DNA from: an uncultured Flavobacteriales bacterium
Lineage (GTDB): Bacteria > Bacteroidota > Bacteroidia > Flavobacteriales > BACL11
Assembly: GCA_913031595.1 (NCBI GenBank)
Contig: CAJWCP010000004.1
Span: 1 to 62,909, forward strand
DNA length: 62,909 bases
Reading direction: 5' to 3'
Both the position numbers and the translations under genes were made by a program. Below the pieces are notes generated by a model. That model was not told the DNA's origin. It did not search any database and worked only from the letters and a program-made list of their open reading frames with translations. This document shows positions 19,507-29,560 of the stretch, in pieces (the stretch's first letter is position 1; the number at the start of each line of letters is the position of its first letter).

Positions 19507-20621
19507 TGAGAATAGGATTTGACGCTAAAAGAGCTTTCTTCAATAGGAGCGGATTAGGTAATTATTCACGTGACACTATTAATATACTTTGCGAACAATA
19601 TCCTGAAAATAAATACTTTCTTTACACTCCAAAAAATCTTACCCAAAACTTCTTAGATAAAGAGAAGATTAATTATACAATCTGTACGCCAAGCAATATA
19701 ATTAACAGAATATTTCCATCTTATTGGAGAACAAAAACAATAACAAATGATCTGCTATCTAATAGAATTGACATATACCATGGTCTTACACATGAATTGC
19801 CTCTAGGTATTGAAAAAACAAATATAAAAACAGTTGTAACAATTCATGACCTTATATTCTTAAGACATCCTGAATTTTTTAATAAGATTGATAGAAAGAT
19901 TTATTATTCTAAAGTTAAATCTTCATGCATAAGAGCAAATAAAATAATTGCAATAAGTGAAAACACAAAAAGAGATATTATAGAACTCTTGAATATTCCT
20001 GAAGAAAAAATAACAGTAATATATCAGGGATGTAATAAAGTATTCCATTCTTGTATCAAGAAAGAAGAAAGAGTAAAAACACTAAAAAAATATAAACTAC
20101 CCTCAGATTACCTCTTATATGTAGGGAATATAGAAGAACGTAAGAACTTGATGACATTATTAAAAACAATTAAATCATTAAAGACATTTAAGTTAGTTGT
20201 AATTGGTAATGGTAAAAATTATAAAGAAAAATGTGTAGAATACATCAAAAGAAACAATCTAACTAATAAAGTGTTCTTTATACATAAAATAACTCAACAA
20301 GAAATTGCAAGTATTTATCAAAGTGCCCAAATACTAATATACCCTTCTATATATGAGGGATTTGGAATTCCAATTCTTGAATCCTTATACTCTAAGACAC
20401 CTGTTATAACAACTAAGAATGGGTGTTTTAAAGAAACGGGAGGCCCAAACACTAAATATATAAACCCGCTATCAGTAGCAGAGATTAAAAATGAGGTTAT
20501 CAATATATCTTCATCTAAAGAAACTCAAAATAAAATGAAAGAAGAAGGGATAAAATATGCGCAAAAATTTAATAATGCTCATATTGGCAAAAACTTGATA
20601 ACTCTTTACAAAACTTTATAA
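19506..20621 (+). CDS. Glycosyltransferase family 4
   Basis: TIHDL, YVGNIEERKN, YPSIYEGFGIPILE. Confidence 0.92.
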   Translation: MRIGFDAKRAFFNRSGLGNYSRDTINILCEQYPENKYFLYTPKNLTQNFLDKEKINYTICTPSNIINRIFPSYWRTKTITNDLLSNRIDIYHGLTHELPLGIEKTNIKTVVTIHDLIFLRHPEFFNKIDRKIYYSKVKSSCIRANKIIAISENTKRDIIELLNIPEEKITVIYQGCNKVFHSCIKKEERVKTLKKYKLPSDYLLYVGNIEERKNLMTLLKTIKSLKTFKLVVIGNGKNYKEKCVEYIKRNNLTNKVFFIHKITQQEIASIYQSAQILIYPSIYEGFGIPILESLYSKTPVITTKNGCFKETGGPNTKYINPLSVAEIKNEVINISSSKETQNKMKEEGIKYAQKFNNAHIGKNLITLYKTL

Positions 20622-21377
20622 ATGACTAAGATATCAGTAATAATCCCTACTTACAATGAACAAGACAATATTATCGAAGCTATAAAGTCTATTGACTTTG
20701 CAGATGAAATTATTATTGTAGATTCTTTTAGTAAAGACAATACAGTCTTTCTTGCTAAACCATTAGCTAATAAAATTTTACAAAGAGAATATATCCATTC
20801 TGCTTCTCAAAAAAACTGGGCAATACCTCAAGCAAAACATGAGTGGGTGTTAATTTTAGACGCTGATGAAAGAGTAACTAGTAGATTAAAGAATGAAATC
20901 TTAACAACAATAAATTCAAATAAGAAATATAGTGCATTCTGGATTAAACGTCAAAATTATTTTATGAATAAAAAGATAAACTTTAGTGGATGGCAAAAAG
21001 ATAAAGTAATTCGATTATTCAAACGTGATGAAAATAAATATGAAGATAAACATGTACATGCAGAAATTATTAGTAAAGGAAAAATAGGAATATTAAAAAA
21101 TAAATTAATCCATAATACTTTTAAAAGCAAAAAAGATTATTTAAGAAAAATAGATTTCTACGCTCAACTACAAGCAAAAGATTATGATAAAACTACAAAA
21201 AGAATAACCTTTTTCCATACTATAGCAAAGCCTATGTTTCGCTTTTTTAAACACTATATTATTAACTTAGGATTTTTAGATGGATATATAGGTTTTATGA
21301 TTTCATTTTATCAATTAAAAGCTGTAAAAATGCGTTATGAATATTTAAAAGAATACCGTGAATCAAAAAGAAATTAA
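20622..21377 (+). CDS. Glycosyltransferase family 2 (WaaE/KdtX-like)
   Basis: ISVIIPTYNE, VDSFSKD, LDADE, VHA, GFLDG. Confidence 0.92.
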   Translation: MTKISVIIPTYNEQDNIIEAIKSIDFADEIIIVDSFSKDNTVFLAKPLANKILQREYIHSASQKNWAIPQAKHEWVLILDADERVTSRLKNEILTTINSNKKYSAFWIKRQNYFMNKKINFSGWQKDKVIRLFKRDENKYEDKHVHAEIISKGKIGILKNKLIHNTFKSKKDYLRKIDFYAQLQAKDYDKTTKRITFFHTIAKPMFRFFKHYIINLGFLDGYIGFMISFYQLKAVKMRYEYLKEYRESKRN

Positions 21378-21900
21378 AGATACTATTACAACTCTAAAAA
21401 ATGGAGGGGTAATATTATATCCAACAGACACAATATGGGGAATAGGTTGTGATGCTACAAATCCTGAAGCAATAAAAAAGATCTTTAAAATTAAAAAAAG
21501 GGCAGACAATAAAGCCATGATCTCATTAGTCGCTGATAAAGAACAACTTAAAAAAATAACACAACTAATTCCTAAATTTGATATTACATCTGTACCCACC
21601 ACAATAATTTACCCTTCTGTTAAAGTAATAGACAAAAGTCTATTAGTAAATGGATCAGCTGCCATTAGAATTGTACAAGATAAATTCTGTCAGAAGATTA
21701 TTAGCGCACTTAAAAAACCTATTGTCTCAACATCTGCTAACATAAGTGGCCAAAATCCACCCACTCAATTCTCAGAAATAACAAAAGAAATTACTGATCA
21801 TGTTGATTATATAGTAAATTTGCGAAAAAATGAGAAAAGGATAAAATCATCACAAATTTTTAAATTAATTAGTGATGGAAGCATGCAAAAAATAAGATAG
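21358..21900 (+). CDS. tsaC: Threonylcarbamoyl-AMP synthase (YrdC/Sua5)
   Basis: YPTDTIWGIGCDA, KKR, STSANISG; GTG start. Confidence 0.93.
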   Translation: MNQKEIKDTITTLKNGGVILYPTDTIWGIGCDATNPEAIKKIFKIKKRADNKAMISLVADKEQLKKITQLIPKFDITSVPTTIIYPSVKVIDKSLLVNGSAAIRIVQDKFCQKIISALKKPIVSTSANISGQNPPTQFSEITKEITDHVDYIVNLRKNEKRIKSSQIFKLISDGSMQKIR

Positions 21901-23321
21901 TGAACCTTTCTGAAAAATTAAAAAATCCAATCTTTAAGACTGTACATTTAGCTGCAGAAGAATTGAATTATCCAACCTATGTAGTAGGAGGATGGGTAAG
22001 AGACCTTCTACTTAAAAAAACCCAAACATCAACAGATATAGATTTTGTTTGTATAGGAAGCGGTATTAAATTAGCTAAAAAGGTAAAAGAAAAATTAGGA
22101 AAGAATGCTTCATTCAAAGTATTTAAAAAATTTGGAACAGCAATGATTAATGTGGAATCAGAAAATTATGAATTTGTAGGAGCAAGAAAAGAATCTTATA
22201 GAAATAATAGTAGAAAGCCAATAATAGAAGATGGAACATTAGAAGATGACCAAAATAGAAGAGACTTTACAATCAATGCTATGGCTATTCAACTAAATAC
22301 TAATAATCATGGGGAATTAATTGATCCTTTTAATGGGATTTCCGATCTGAAAAATAAGATTATACGTACCCCTCTAAATCCAATAAAAACATATTCAGAT
22401 GATCCATTAAGAATGATGCGAGCAATAAGATTTGCAACACAACTAAATTTCAGGATTGAAGAAGAGTCATATCAAGCAATTAGCAAAAGTCATAAAAGAT
22501 TATCAATAATCTCACAAGAAAGAATAACAGAAGAACTAAATAAGATAATACTCTCAGAAAAACCTTCTATTGGATTTAAAATGTTATTTGACACTAAATT
22601 ACTACACATTTTTTTTCCTAAAATGACCGAATTACATGGAGTAGAATATAAAAATAATCAAGGGCATAAAGATAATTTTTATCACACTCTTGAAGTTCTA
22701 GACAATATTAGCACAAAAACAGATAATTTATGGCTAAGATGGTCTGCCATATTACATGATATAGCAAAACCTGACACAAAAAGATATGAAGTAAAAAATG
22801 GATGGACATTTCATTCACATGAATTTATTGGAGCAAAAATGATTCCCAAAATATTTAATGATTTAAAACTTCCTTTAAACAATAAAATGAAATATGTCAA
22901 GAAAATGGTATTACTACACCTTCGCCCTATTGTTCTAGCCCAAGAAATTGTCACAGATTCTGCAATTAGAAGACTATTATTTGATGCTGGAGATGATATC
23001 GATGATTTAATGATGCTGTGTGATGCTGATATAACATCAAAAAATCCAAAAAAAGTTGAGAAATATCTTAATAATTTTCAAATAGTTAGAAAAAAACTAA
23101 AAGAAGTAGAAGAAAAAGACCATATTAGAAATTTTCAACCACCTGTAAATGGAAATGAAATAATGAAATTATTTAATATTCAAGCTTGTAAAGAAATAGG
23201 TGTTCTAAAAAATGCAGTTAAAAATGCTATCCTAGATGGAGAAGTAAAAAACAATAAGAAAGAAGCTTTAAAATTTATAATCAATAAAGCAAAAGAATTA
23301 AATATAAAACAAAAAAAATAA
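21900..23321 (+). CDS. cca: CCA tRNA nucleotidyltransferase with HD domain
   Basis: VGGWVRD, DIDF, RRDFTINA, DDPLRMMRAIRF, LHDIAK. Confidence 0.93.
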   Translation: MNLSEKLKNPIFKTVHLAAEELNYPTYVVGGWVRDLLLKKTQTSTDIDFVCIGSGIKLAKKVKEKLGKNASFKVFKKFGTAMINVESENYEFVGARKESYRNNSRKPIIEDGTLEDDQNRRDFTINAMAIQLNTNNHGELIDPFNGISDLKNKIIRTPLNPIKTYSDDPLRMMRAIRFATQLNFRIEEESYQAISKSHKRLSIISQERITEELNKIILSEKPSIGFKMLFDTKLLHIFFPKMTELHGVEYKNNQGHKDNFYHTLEVLDNISTKTDNLWLRWSAILHDIAKPDTKRYEVKNGWTFHSHEFIGAKMIPKIFNDLKLPLNNKMKYVKKMVLLHLRPIVLAQEIVTDSAIRRLLFDAGDDIDDLMMLCDADITSKNPKKVEKYLNNFQIVRKKLKEVEEKDHIRNFQPPVNGNEIMKLFNIQACKEIGVLKNAVKNAILDGEVKNNKKEALKFIINKAKELNIKQKK

Positions 23322-23325
23322 CATA

Positions 23326-23679
23326 ATGATAGACGTATTTGAGAATATCAATAAATTCGCAATAGCTTGCGATCAAAAGCCAAACAAAAAAAATTATACG
23401 ATGTATCTTGATCTAATTCGTGAGGAAATAAATGAATTAGAAGATGCTATTAAAGACAATGACAGAGTAGAGCAATTAGATGCACTAATTGACATCTTAG
23501 TTGTTACACTAGGTGCTGTTAGAGCAGGTGGTTTCAACGGTAAAGGTGCATGGAAAGAAGTGATGAACACAAACTTTGCTAAAATCAATCCAAAAACAGG
23601 AAAAGTCATCAAACGTGCAGATGGTAAGGTGTTAAAGCCAGAAGGGTGGAAAGCTCCTGAACTAAAAAAGTTTATTTAA
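23326..23679 (+). CDS. All-alpha NTP pyrophosphohydrolase (MazG/PRA-PH-like), phage-like
   Basis: LIREEINEL..EQLDALIDIL metal-binding helices; C-terminal R.DGKVLKPEGW..P. Confidence 0.85.
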   Translation: MIDVFENINKFAIACDQKPNKKNYTMYLDLIREEINELEDAIKDNDRVEQLDALIDILVVTLGAVRAGGFNGKGAWKEVMNTNFAKINPKTGKVIKRADGKVLKPEGWKAPELKKFI

Positions 23680-23687
23680 AAATTTTA

Positions 23688-24587
23688 ATGGATATTAATA
23701 GTAAAACAATTATCTTTATTGTTGGTCCAACAGGAATTGGGAAAACTGCCCTCAGTATAAATTTAGCAAAACAACTAGAAACAGAAATCATCTCATGTGA
23801 TTCTAGGCAATTTTATAAAGAATTATTAATTGGTACCGCTCCACCTAATAAAAAACAACTTAATGAAGTAAAACATCATTTTATTCATAATATATCCATA
23901 AAGAAAAAATATAATGCTGGAAAATTTGAAAATGATGCAATGAAATTAATAACAAAACTACATGAAAAAAAAGATATTATTATAGCTGTAGGAGGATCGG
24001 GTCTTTATATAGATGCAATTTGCAAAGGATTAGACCACATACCTGATATTTCAGATAATATAAGAGATGAACTAAATCATGAATTCAAATTAAAAGGAAA
24101 AGAGTGGTTAAAAAATGAGGTAAAAAAAATAGATCCAGAATATTATAATAATTGTGATAAAGAAAATAAACAACGTTTATTAAGAGCTTTAGAAGTATTT
24201 CGAGAAACTCAACAACCTATTTCTATTTTTAGAAACAAAGAAACAAAGAAAAGACAATTTAGGATAATTAAAATTGGGTTAAATACAGAGAGAGAAAAAT
24301 TATATAAGAAAATTAATACTAGAGTTGAAAATATGATAAAGGAAGGTCTCTTAGAAGAAGTGCGCGGATTAATCCCATATCAAGATCTAAATGCATTACA
24401 AACAGTTGGATATAAAGAATTATTTGCTTTTTACAGAAACCAAACAACATTAAAAGAAGCAGTAGAAAATATTAAGAAAAATTCAAGAAGGTTTGCAAAA
24501 AGACAAATCACTTGGTTTAAAAGAGATAAGGATATAGTATGGTTTGAACCTGATCAAGTTAAAGCAATACAAAATTTTATCGTATAA
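23688..24587 (+). CDS. miaA: tRNA dimethylallyltransferase
   Basis: GPTGIGKT, DSRQFY, GGSGLY, TVGYKE, FAKRQITW. Confidence 0.96.
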   Translation: MDINSKTIIFIVGPTGIGKTALSINLAKQLETEIISCDSRQFYKELLIGTAPPNKKQLNEVKHHFIHNISIKKKYNAGKFENDAMKLITKLHEKKDIIIAVGGSGLYIDAICKGLDHIPDISDNIRDELNHEFKLKGKEWLKNEVKKIDPEYYNNCDKENKQRLLRALEVFRETQQPISIFRNKETKKRQFRIIKIGLNTEREKLYKKINTRVENMIKEGLLEEVRGLIPYQDLNALQTVGYKELFAFYRNQTTLKEAVENIKKNSRRFAKRQITWFKRDKDIVWFEPDQVKAIQNFIV

Positions 24588-27516
24588 TGGTAACTGTTCC
24601 TTGAATGGGATCAAATCCATGACCAACCTCAATATGATAAAAATAAACCCCATCAGGAACGTCATTACCCATTCTATTTTTTCCATCCCAAGGGTCAGAA
24701 TACCCAACAGATTGAAATAATAAGCGCCCATATCTGCCATAAATCTTCACTTCTGTCTCAGAATATAAAAAAGTATCTTCCAAACTCCATACATCATTTA
24801 TATTATCATTATTTGGAGAAAAAACATTAGGAATACATTCTGGACTCATTGTAGCGATAACAAATGTAGTGTCTCTAATACACTCATTATAATCACTAAC
24901 CAAAATACTATAATTACCTGGATCTAAAGAAAGATTCAAAGGATTTTGTGTGGAACCATTAGACCATTGATATGTATAAGGAGGTGTTCCTCCTGTCGCA
25001 CTTGCTTCTATATCCACATCAAGATTTTCAAGATTACATTCAATAATAGCAGATGCAGGATCAAGGGTAATAATAATTTCTTCAATATCAAAATCTTGTC
25101 TCACCATACATCCTATACTATCTGTCACTTCAATCCAATGATTACCCGGACAAAGATCAGCATGTTGTAAAATAGTTCCATTATCCCATAAATATGTATA
25201 AGGAGCATGGCCCCATAAATCTTCAGCAGCAAAAACAGTGGTTGTTTCTATATCAATTATACCATTAGGTAAATCAAAAAACACATCTATTGTATCTTGA
25301 ATAGAGCAGCCAAAAGTAACATCGGTTATTGTTATAAAATATGTTTCTTGACATAAGCTCCCTGAAGAAGGATTTAAACTAATAATATTCCCAAAAATAT
25401 CTTGCCATTCAAAAGAAAAAGGCCCTACTGAAGAAGAGTTAGAAATAGAAGCAATATAGGCGTTTAGTAAAACTGTATCAGCATCTAAAGATGATTGTAA
25501 TATATACGGATCTACTGTATAACCTATAGAATCAGTATTTCCACAAGAGTCCACAGCTATTACCCAATAAGTAGACCCATATAATGAATCTATAAAGTAA
25601 GTTGTATCTCCAGTACTCCACAAAAGAGTAATAGGCTCTACTCCTCCTAGAACTTCTACACTTGCATTACTTCCGGATGAATCACAAGGAAGGTAATTAA
25701 AAGTTAAAGATAATTCTAAAGAATCAGGTTCTTCTATAATTAAAGTATCATTAAATAAACAACTATTTATATCTGTTACTTGACAAAAATAAGATCCTGC
25801 ATTAAGCACTCTTTGCAAATCTGTATTGCCATCATTCCAAAGTAAACTATAAGGTCCTACCCCACCATTGATTAAAACATCAACAGTGGTTAAAGCTCCT
25901 GTACATAAAACAGGTGTTTGATAATTATCAAATAAGAAATTTAGCTCCTGAGGTTCTTCTAATATAATATTAATGGTATCAATACAATTTAGAGTGTCAG
26001 AAACAAATAAAGAATATTCTCCTGCTATTAAACCATATATCGAATCTGATGAACTACTAACATTCAACCAACTATATATTAGTGGTCCAGATCCCCCTGA
26101 AGGATTAATAATAATACTTCCATCTGAATCTCCATTGCAAGTAGGAGGAGATAGGATTGTGTTAGGATCAAATGCATCAGGCTGATTTATTAAAAACTCT
26201 TCTGCATGAATGCAGCCAATATTATCTACAAAAAGAACTGAATAAGTATCAGCAATTAGACTAGTAGGATCAAGCCCTCCCCATTGCACATCATAAGGCT
26301 CATTTCCTCCAGTAATAGAATCAATAGTAACAACTCCTGAAGTATCTCCAAAACATAAAGGATGAATAATACTTTCGTAAACAATAATTTCATATTGAGC
26401 ATAACATCTCACAGAAACTGTATCAAGACAAGAATAAGTAGAATCATATATATATATATCATGCCAACCAGCAGAAACATATATCGAATCTAAATTGGAG
26501 CCTAAAAATCCGTATGAGATATTACCTCCACCTATCACACTATCAAGATGTAGAAAACCACTATCAGACTCACAAATAAAAGGGAAGTCTGTAGAAGAAA
26601 AAACTTGATACGGTGGCGGTTCATTTAATAAAAAAGTATCAGACATTAAACATTCATTATCATCAACTACATGTAATATATACTCTCCTGCTAATAAACT
26701 ATCAAACATTATAGAATCAAATAAAGAATTCTGTAATCCTAAAGAAAGTGATAGATGATGGAAATTAGTTGAAGAACCATTAAGATCTGAAAAAGAAATA
26801 GTATCACTACCTAATAATAGATAATAAAAATATTTATTAAACACATCATTTGTTTTATTCCCTCCCTGTATTCTAAAACTAATAGTACCTTCATAAGTAC
26901 CTCTACAATTAATCTCAACTGTATTTATTAACTCTATATTTATTTGAGCAGGCTGTGATATTGTTGATAAAAGAGAATCACTACAACCAACTGAATCTGT
27001 AATAATAACCATATAAGAACCTATATCCAAATTATCATGAACAGTATCATTAAAACCTGAAGAGAATAAATTATTATCTTTATACCATTGATAAAAATAA
27101 GGGGAAGATCCGGAGTGTCCTATTGTTCTTATTAAGCCATTTGCATCCCCAAAACATTTTATATTCTCCTGTGCAGGGTTTACACCTAATGGACAATCTA
27201 TAAAGAATATTACAGAATCTATAAAAACTGAAGTCAGAGCATTAATTATCTCTAGTTTAAAATTACCACACCTTTGGCTAAATAGAGTATCACCACCTTG
27301 AGTATCAATATTTACTATAGTATCTGCATCTATCCAGCCAAGTAAATTATCTTTATAATACCAGTTCAATTCAAATTGCTCAACATTTGAAATGCTTAAT
27401 AAAATAGCTCCGGTATCAACATGACAATCTATCCCAACTAAAGAATCAGAAATAAGATTCTGACTATTTGTAAAAAAACCATTAACAATAAAAATAAATA
27501 GAAAAAGAAATCGCAT
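24577..27516 (-). CDS. SprB-repeat surface protein with T9SS type B (gliding-associated) C-terminal domain
   Basis: Repeated C.G..DG.I / GGxxPYxYxW / VxDxxGC units; IPNVFSPNNDNIND..WDG..GVYFY..GTVTIIR. Confidence 0.9.
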   Translation of the reverse strand: MRFLFLFIFIVNGFFTNSQNLISDSLVGIDCHVDTGAILLSISNVEQFELNWYYKDNLLGWIDADTIVNIDTQGGDTLFSQRCGNFKLEIINALTSVFIDSVIFFIDCPLGVNPAQENIKCFGDANGLIRTIGHSGSSPYFYQWYKDNNLFSSGFNDTVHDNLDIGSYMVIITDSVGCSDSLLSTISQPAQINIELINTVEINCRGTYEGTISFRIQGGNKTNDVFNKYFYYLLLGSDTISFSDLNGSSTNFHHLSLSLGLQNSLFDSIMFDSLLAGEYILHVVDDNECLMSDTFLLNEPPPYQVFSSTDFPFICESDSGFLHLDSVIGGGNISYGFLGSNLDSIYVSAGWHDIYIYDSTYSCLDTVSVRCYAQYEIIVYESIIHPLCFGDTSGVVTIDSITGGNEPYDVQWGGLDPTSLIADTYSVLFVDNIGCIHAEEFLINQPDAFDPNTILSPPTCNGDSDGSIIINPSGGSGPLIYSWLNVSSSSDSIYGLIAGEYSLFVSDTLNCIDTINIILEEPQELNFLFDNYQTPVLCTGALTTVDVLINGGVGPYSLLWNDGNTDLQRVLNAGSYFCQVTDINSCLFNDTLIIEEPDSLELSLTFNYLPCDSSGSNASVEVLGGVEPITLLWSTGDTTYFIDSLYGSTYWVIAVDSCGNTDSIGYTVDPYILQSSLDADTVLLNAYIASISNSSSVGPFSFEWQDIFGNIISLNPSSGSLCQETYFITITDVTFGCSIQDTIDVFFDLPNGIIDIETTTVFAAEDLWGHAPYTYLWDNGTILQHADLCPGNHWIEVTDSIGCMVRQDFDIEEIIITLDPASAIIECNLENLDVDIEASATGGTPPYTYQWSNGSTQNPLNLSLDPGNYSILVSDYNECIRDTTFVIATMSPECIPNVFSPNNDNINDVWSLEDTFLYSETEVKIYGRYGRLLFQSVGYSDPWDGKNRMGNDVPDGVYFYHIEVGHGFDPIQGTVTIIR

Positions 27517-27534
27517 TATTTTATATCTTTATTA

Positions 27535-27542
27535 CAAAGATA
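27535..27542 (-). promoter_or_regulatory. -7 promoter element
   Basis: TATCTTTG 18 nt before the ATG at 27516. Confidence 0.55.
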
Positions 27543-27549
27543 TCAAAAG

Positions 27550-28476
27550 TTAAGCAGTTAAATTACTAAAATCTATAGTCATACCTGCCTCTGCCAATAT
27601 AGTATTCTTAAAAACTTTCTGAGTTTCTAAAAGCAATTCATCTAATTTCTTGTATCTCTGAGAAAAATGACCTATCATCAAGTGTTTTACACAGGCTTTG
27701 TTTGCTATATATGAAGCCTGTTGAGTAGTAGAATGTCCTGTCTCAAAAGCTCTTTCTAACATGTCATTCTTAAAAGTCGCCTCATGATATAATAAATCAA
27801 TCCCCTTTATTTTTGGAATAATTGATTCAGTATACCTTGTGTCTGTACAAAATGCATAAGTATTAGGTGGAGAGTTAGGGTATGTCATATCTTTATTCTT
27901 AACAACCTCACCTTTTAAGTTGATCCAATCTGCTCCATTCTTTATTGAGTTTAGTTTATCATGTGGAATATTCATCTGTTCAATTACTTTAGGCTTAATT
28001 TTTCTTGCAGATTTTTTTTCTTTAAAAATAAAGCCAGAGCAAGGAAGAGTATGGTCAAGAATCACATTTTCAACTGATATCATATCATCTTCAAATAAGA
28101 TACTTTCTCTTAACTCAGATATAGGGTGAAAAAATAATGGATAATTTAACTCTGTATTAGAAGCTGATAATTGATATTCTATAATCTTTTTGAGTTTCTC
28201 ATGTGCATAAATGTGTAACTCTTTCTTTCTACCTAAAAGATGCATACTACTAATTAAACCTATTAAACCAAAATAATGATCTCCGTGTAAATGACTAATA
28301 AAAATATGATTAATTCTCTGAAAATTAATCTTATATTTCCTCAATTGTATTTGTGTCCCTTCTCCACAATCTATCAGAAAAAAACGCTCATTAAGGTTTA
28401 ATAGTTGAGCAGTTGGATTATGATTAATGTTTGGAATAGCTGAACTACAACCTAAAACAGTTAATTTAAAAGGCAT
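27550..28476 (-). CDS. rnz: Ribonuclease Z
   Basis: DCGEGTQ, HLHGDH, CTDT, HEATF, GHST, GHFSQRY. Confidence 0.96.
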   Translation of the reverse strand: MPFKLTVLGCSSAIPNINHNPTAQLLNLNERFFLIDCGEGTQIQLRKYKINFQRINHIFISHLHGDHYFGLIGLISSMHLLGRKKELHIYAHEKLKKIIEYQLSASNTELNYPLFFHPISELRESILFEDDMISVENVILDHTLPCSGFIFKEKKSARKIKPKVIEQMNIPHDKLNSIKNGADWINLKGEVVKNKDMTYPNSPPNTYAFCTDTRYTESIIPKIKGIDLLYHEATFKNDMLERAFETGHSTTQQASYIANKACVKHLMIGHFSQRYKKLDELLLETQKVFKNTILAEAGMTIDFSNLTA

Positions 28477-29244
28477 CTAATGTGATACGATCATTCTTTT
28501 TGTTAAAATAGATTCTCTATTGTTTATAGAATACATATATACTCCATCTGAAAAATCAGAAGTAGAAATAGTAATAGTATTAATTCCTGAATTTGCCGAA
28601 ATCTCATTAGAATAGATAACTTCACCTAATAAATTATATATCATAAAAGAAATATTCTGCGAAATACCAGAAATAAACTGAATATTTGTTTTATGACTTG
28701 AAGGGTTAGGAAAAGCTTCTTTTAATTCAAAAGTATGACTATAGTACTTATCAATAACAGAAGCAACATTGTCTTTTATCTCAATATAATATCCACTAGT
28801 AACATCATCTTGAGTCGTTGAACCTATAATAGGAATACCGCTCACTTGAGTCGTGGTGTTAAAAGTAATAGGATAAAGTCCTATATCTGCTGCTACAGGA
28901 TTTGAAGTGGAATAAATCTCAGCACATCCTGCAGAACCTCCAGGAAATGAGCAATCAATAGGGTCGCAATCATAAGCAAAATTAGGAGGTAAACCTGTTA
29001 CACCAGTTAAAGCAATATAATCAATGGTAACTAAAAGAGGGATACCTGAATAAACAATATTAGTATCTAAAGGAGTAATAGCTGTAATTAATTCACTATA
29101 AGCTTGACCAACCATAGCATCAGATAATCCAGTTGCTGTATCAGGATATATTCCTGGATCAGTATATTGAGGGTCAGGAATACATTGTGCATTAATATTT
29201 GACATTCCGATAAACAAAACCAAAATAAGTAATAATCTTTTCAT
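28477..29244 (-). CDS. T9SS type A CTD protein of unknown function
   Basis: Signal peptide NA-QC; C-terminus FPNPS..YNLLG..GVYMY..KRMIVSH. Confidence 0.85.
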   Translation of the reverse strand: MKRLLLILVLFIGMSNINAQCIPDPQYTDPGIYPDTATGLSDAMVGQAYSELITAITPLDTNIVYSGIPLLVTIDYIALTGVTGLPPNFAYDCDPIDCSFPGGSAGCAEIYSTSNPVAADIGLYPITFNTTTQVSGIPIIGSTTQDDVTSGYYIEIKDNVASVIDKYYSHTFELKEAFPNPSSHKTNIQFISGISQNISFMIYNLLGEVIYSNEISANSGINTITISTSDFSDGVYMYSINNRESILTKRMIVSH

Positions 29245-29260
29245 AAGTATATTTGTTAAT

Positions 29261-29560
29261 TTATAGATTTAATTCTCTTTCTATTTCTTCCATTTCAATA
29301 TAATCGTAAGCTTCTTGTAAAGTAGGGACTATAACTAAATCATTATCAAAAGAAGTATCCGAAACTATTACAAACGAACCATTAATTTTAGAAATACTTG
29401 CATCAAAAGTAATAAATTTTTGCTTAATATTATTAATAACAGTTAAATCAACACCTCTAAGATCTGCAATAAAATTACTAACTTCATTACGCTTATTAAG
29501 ATTAGTAAAATCATTTTCATCTGTTAACTTAAATACTATAGTCCTGTCTACAATGTTCAT
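29261..29560 (-). CDS. Conserved hypothetical protein, possibly a degenerate STAS-like fold
   Basis: GSFVIV and IVPTLQEAYDYIEMEEIERELNL, recalled from the ORF between pyrB and rnz in Flavobacteriales. Confidence 0.75.
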   Translation of the reverse strand: MNIVDRTIVFKLTDENDFTNLNKRNEVSNFIADLRGVDLTVINNIKQKFITFDASISKINGSFVIVSDTSFDNDLVIVPTLQEAYDYIEMEEIERELNL

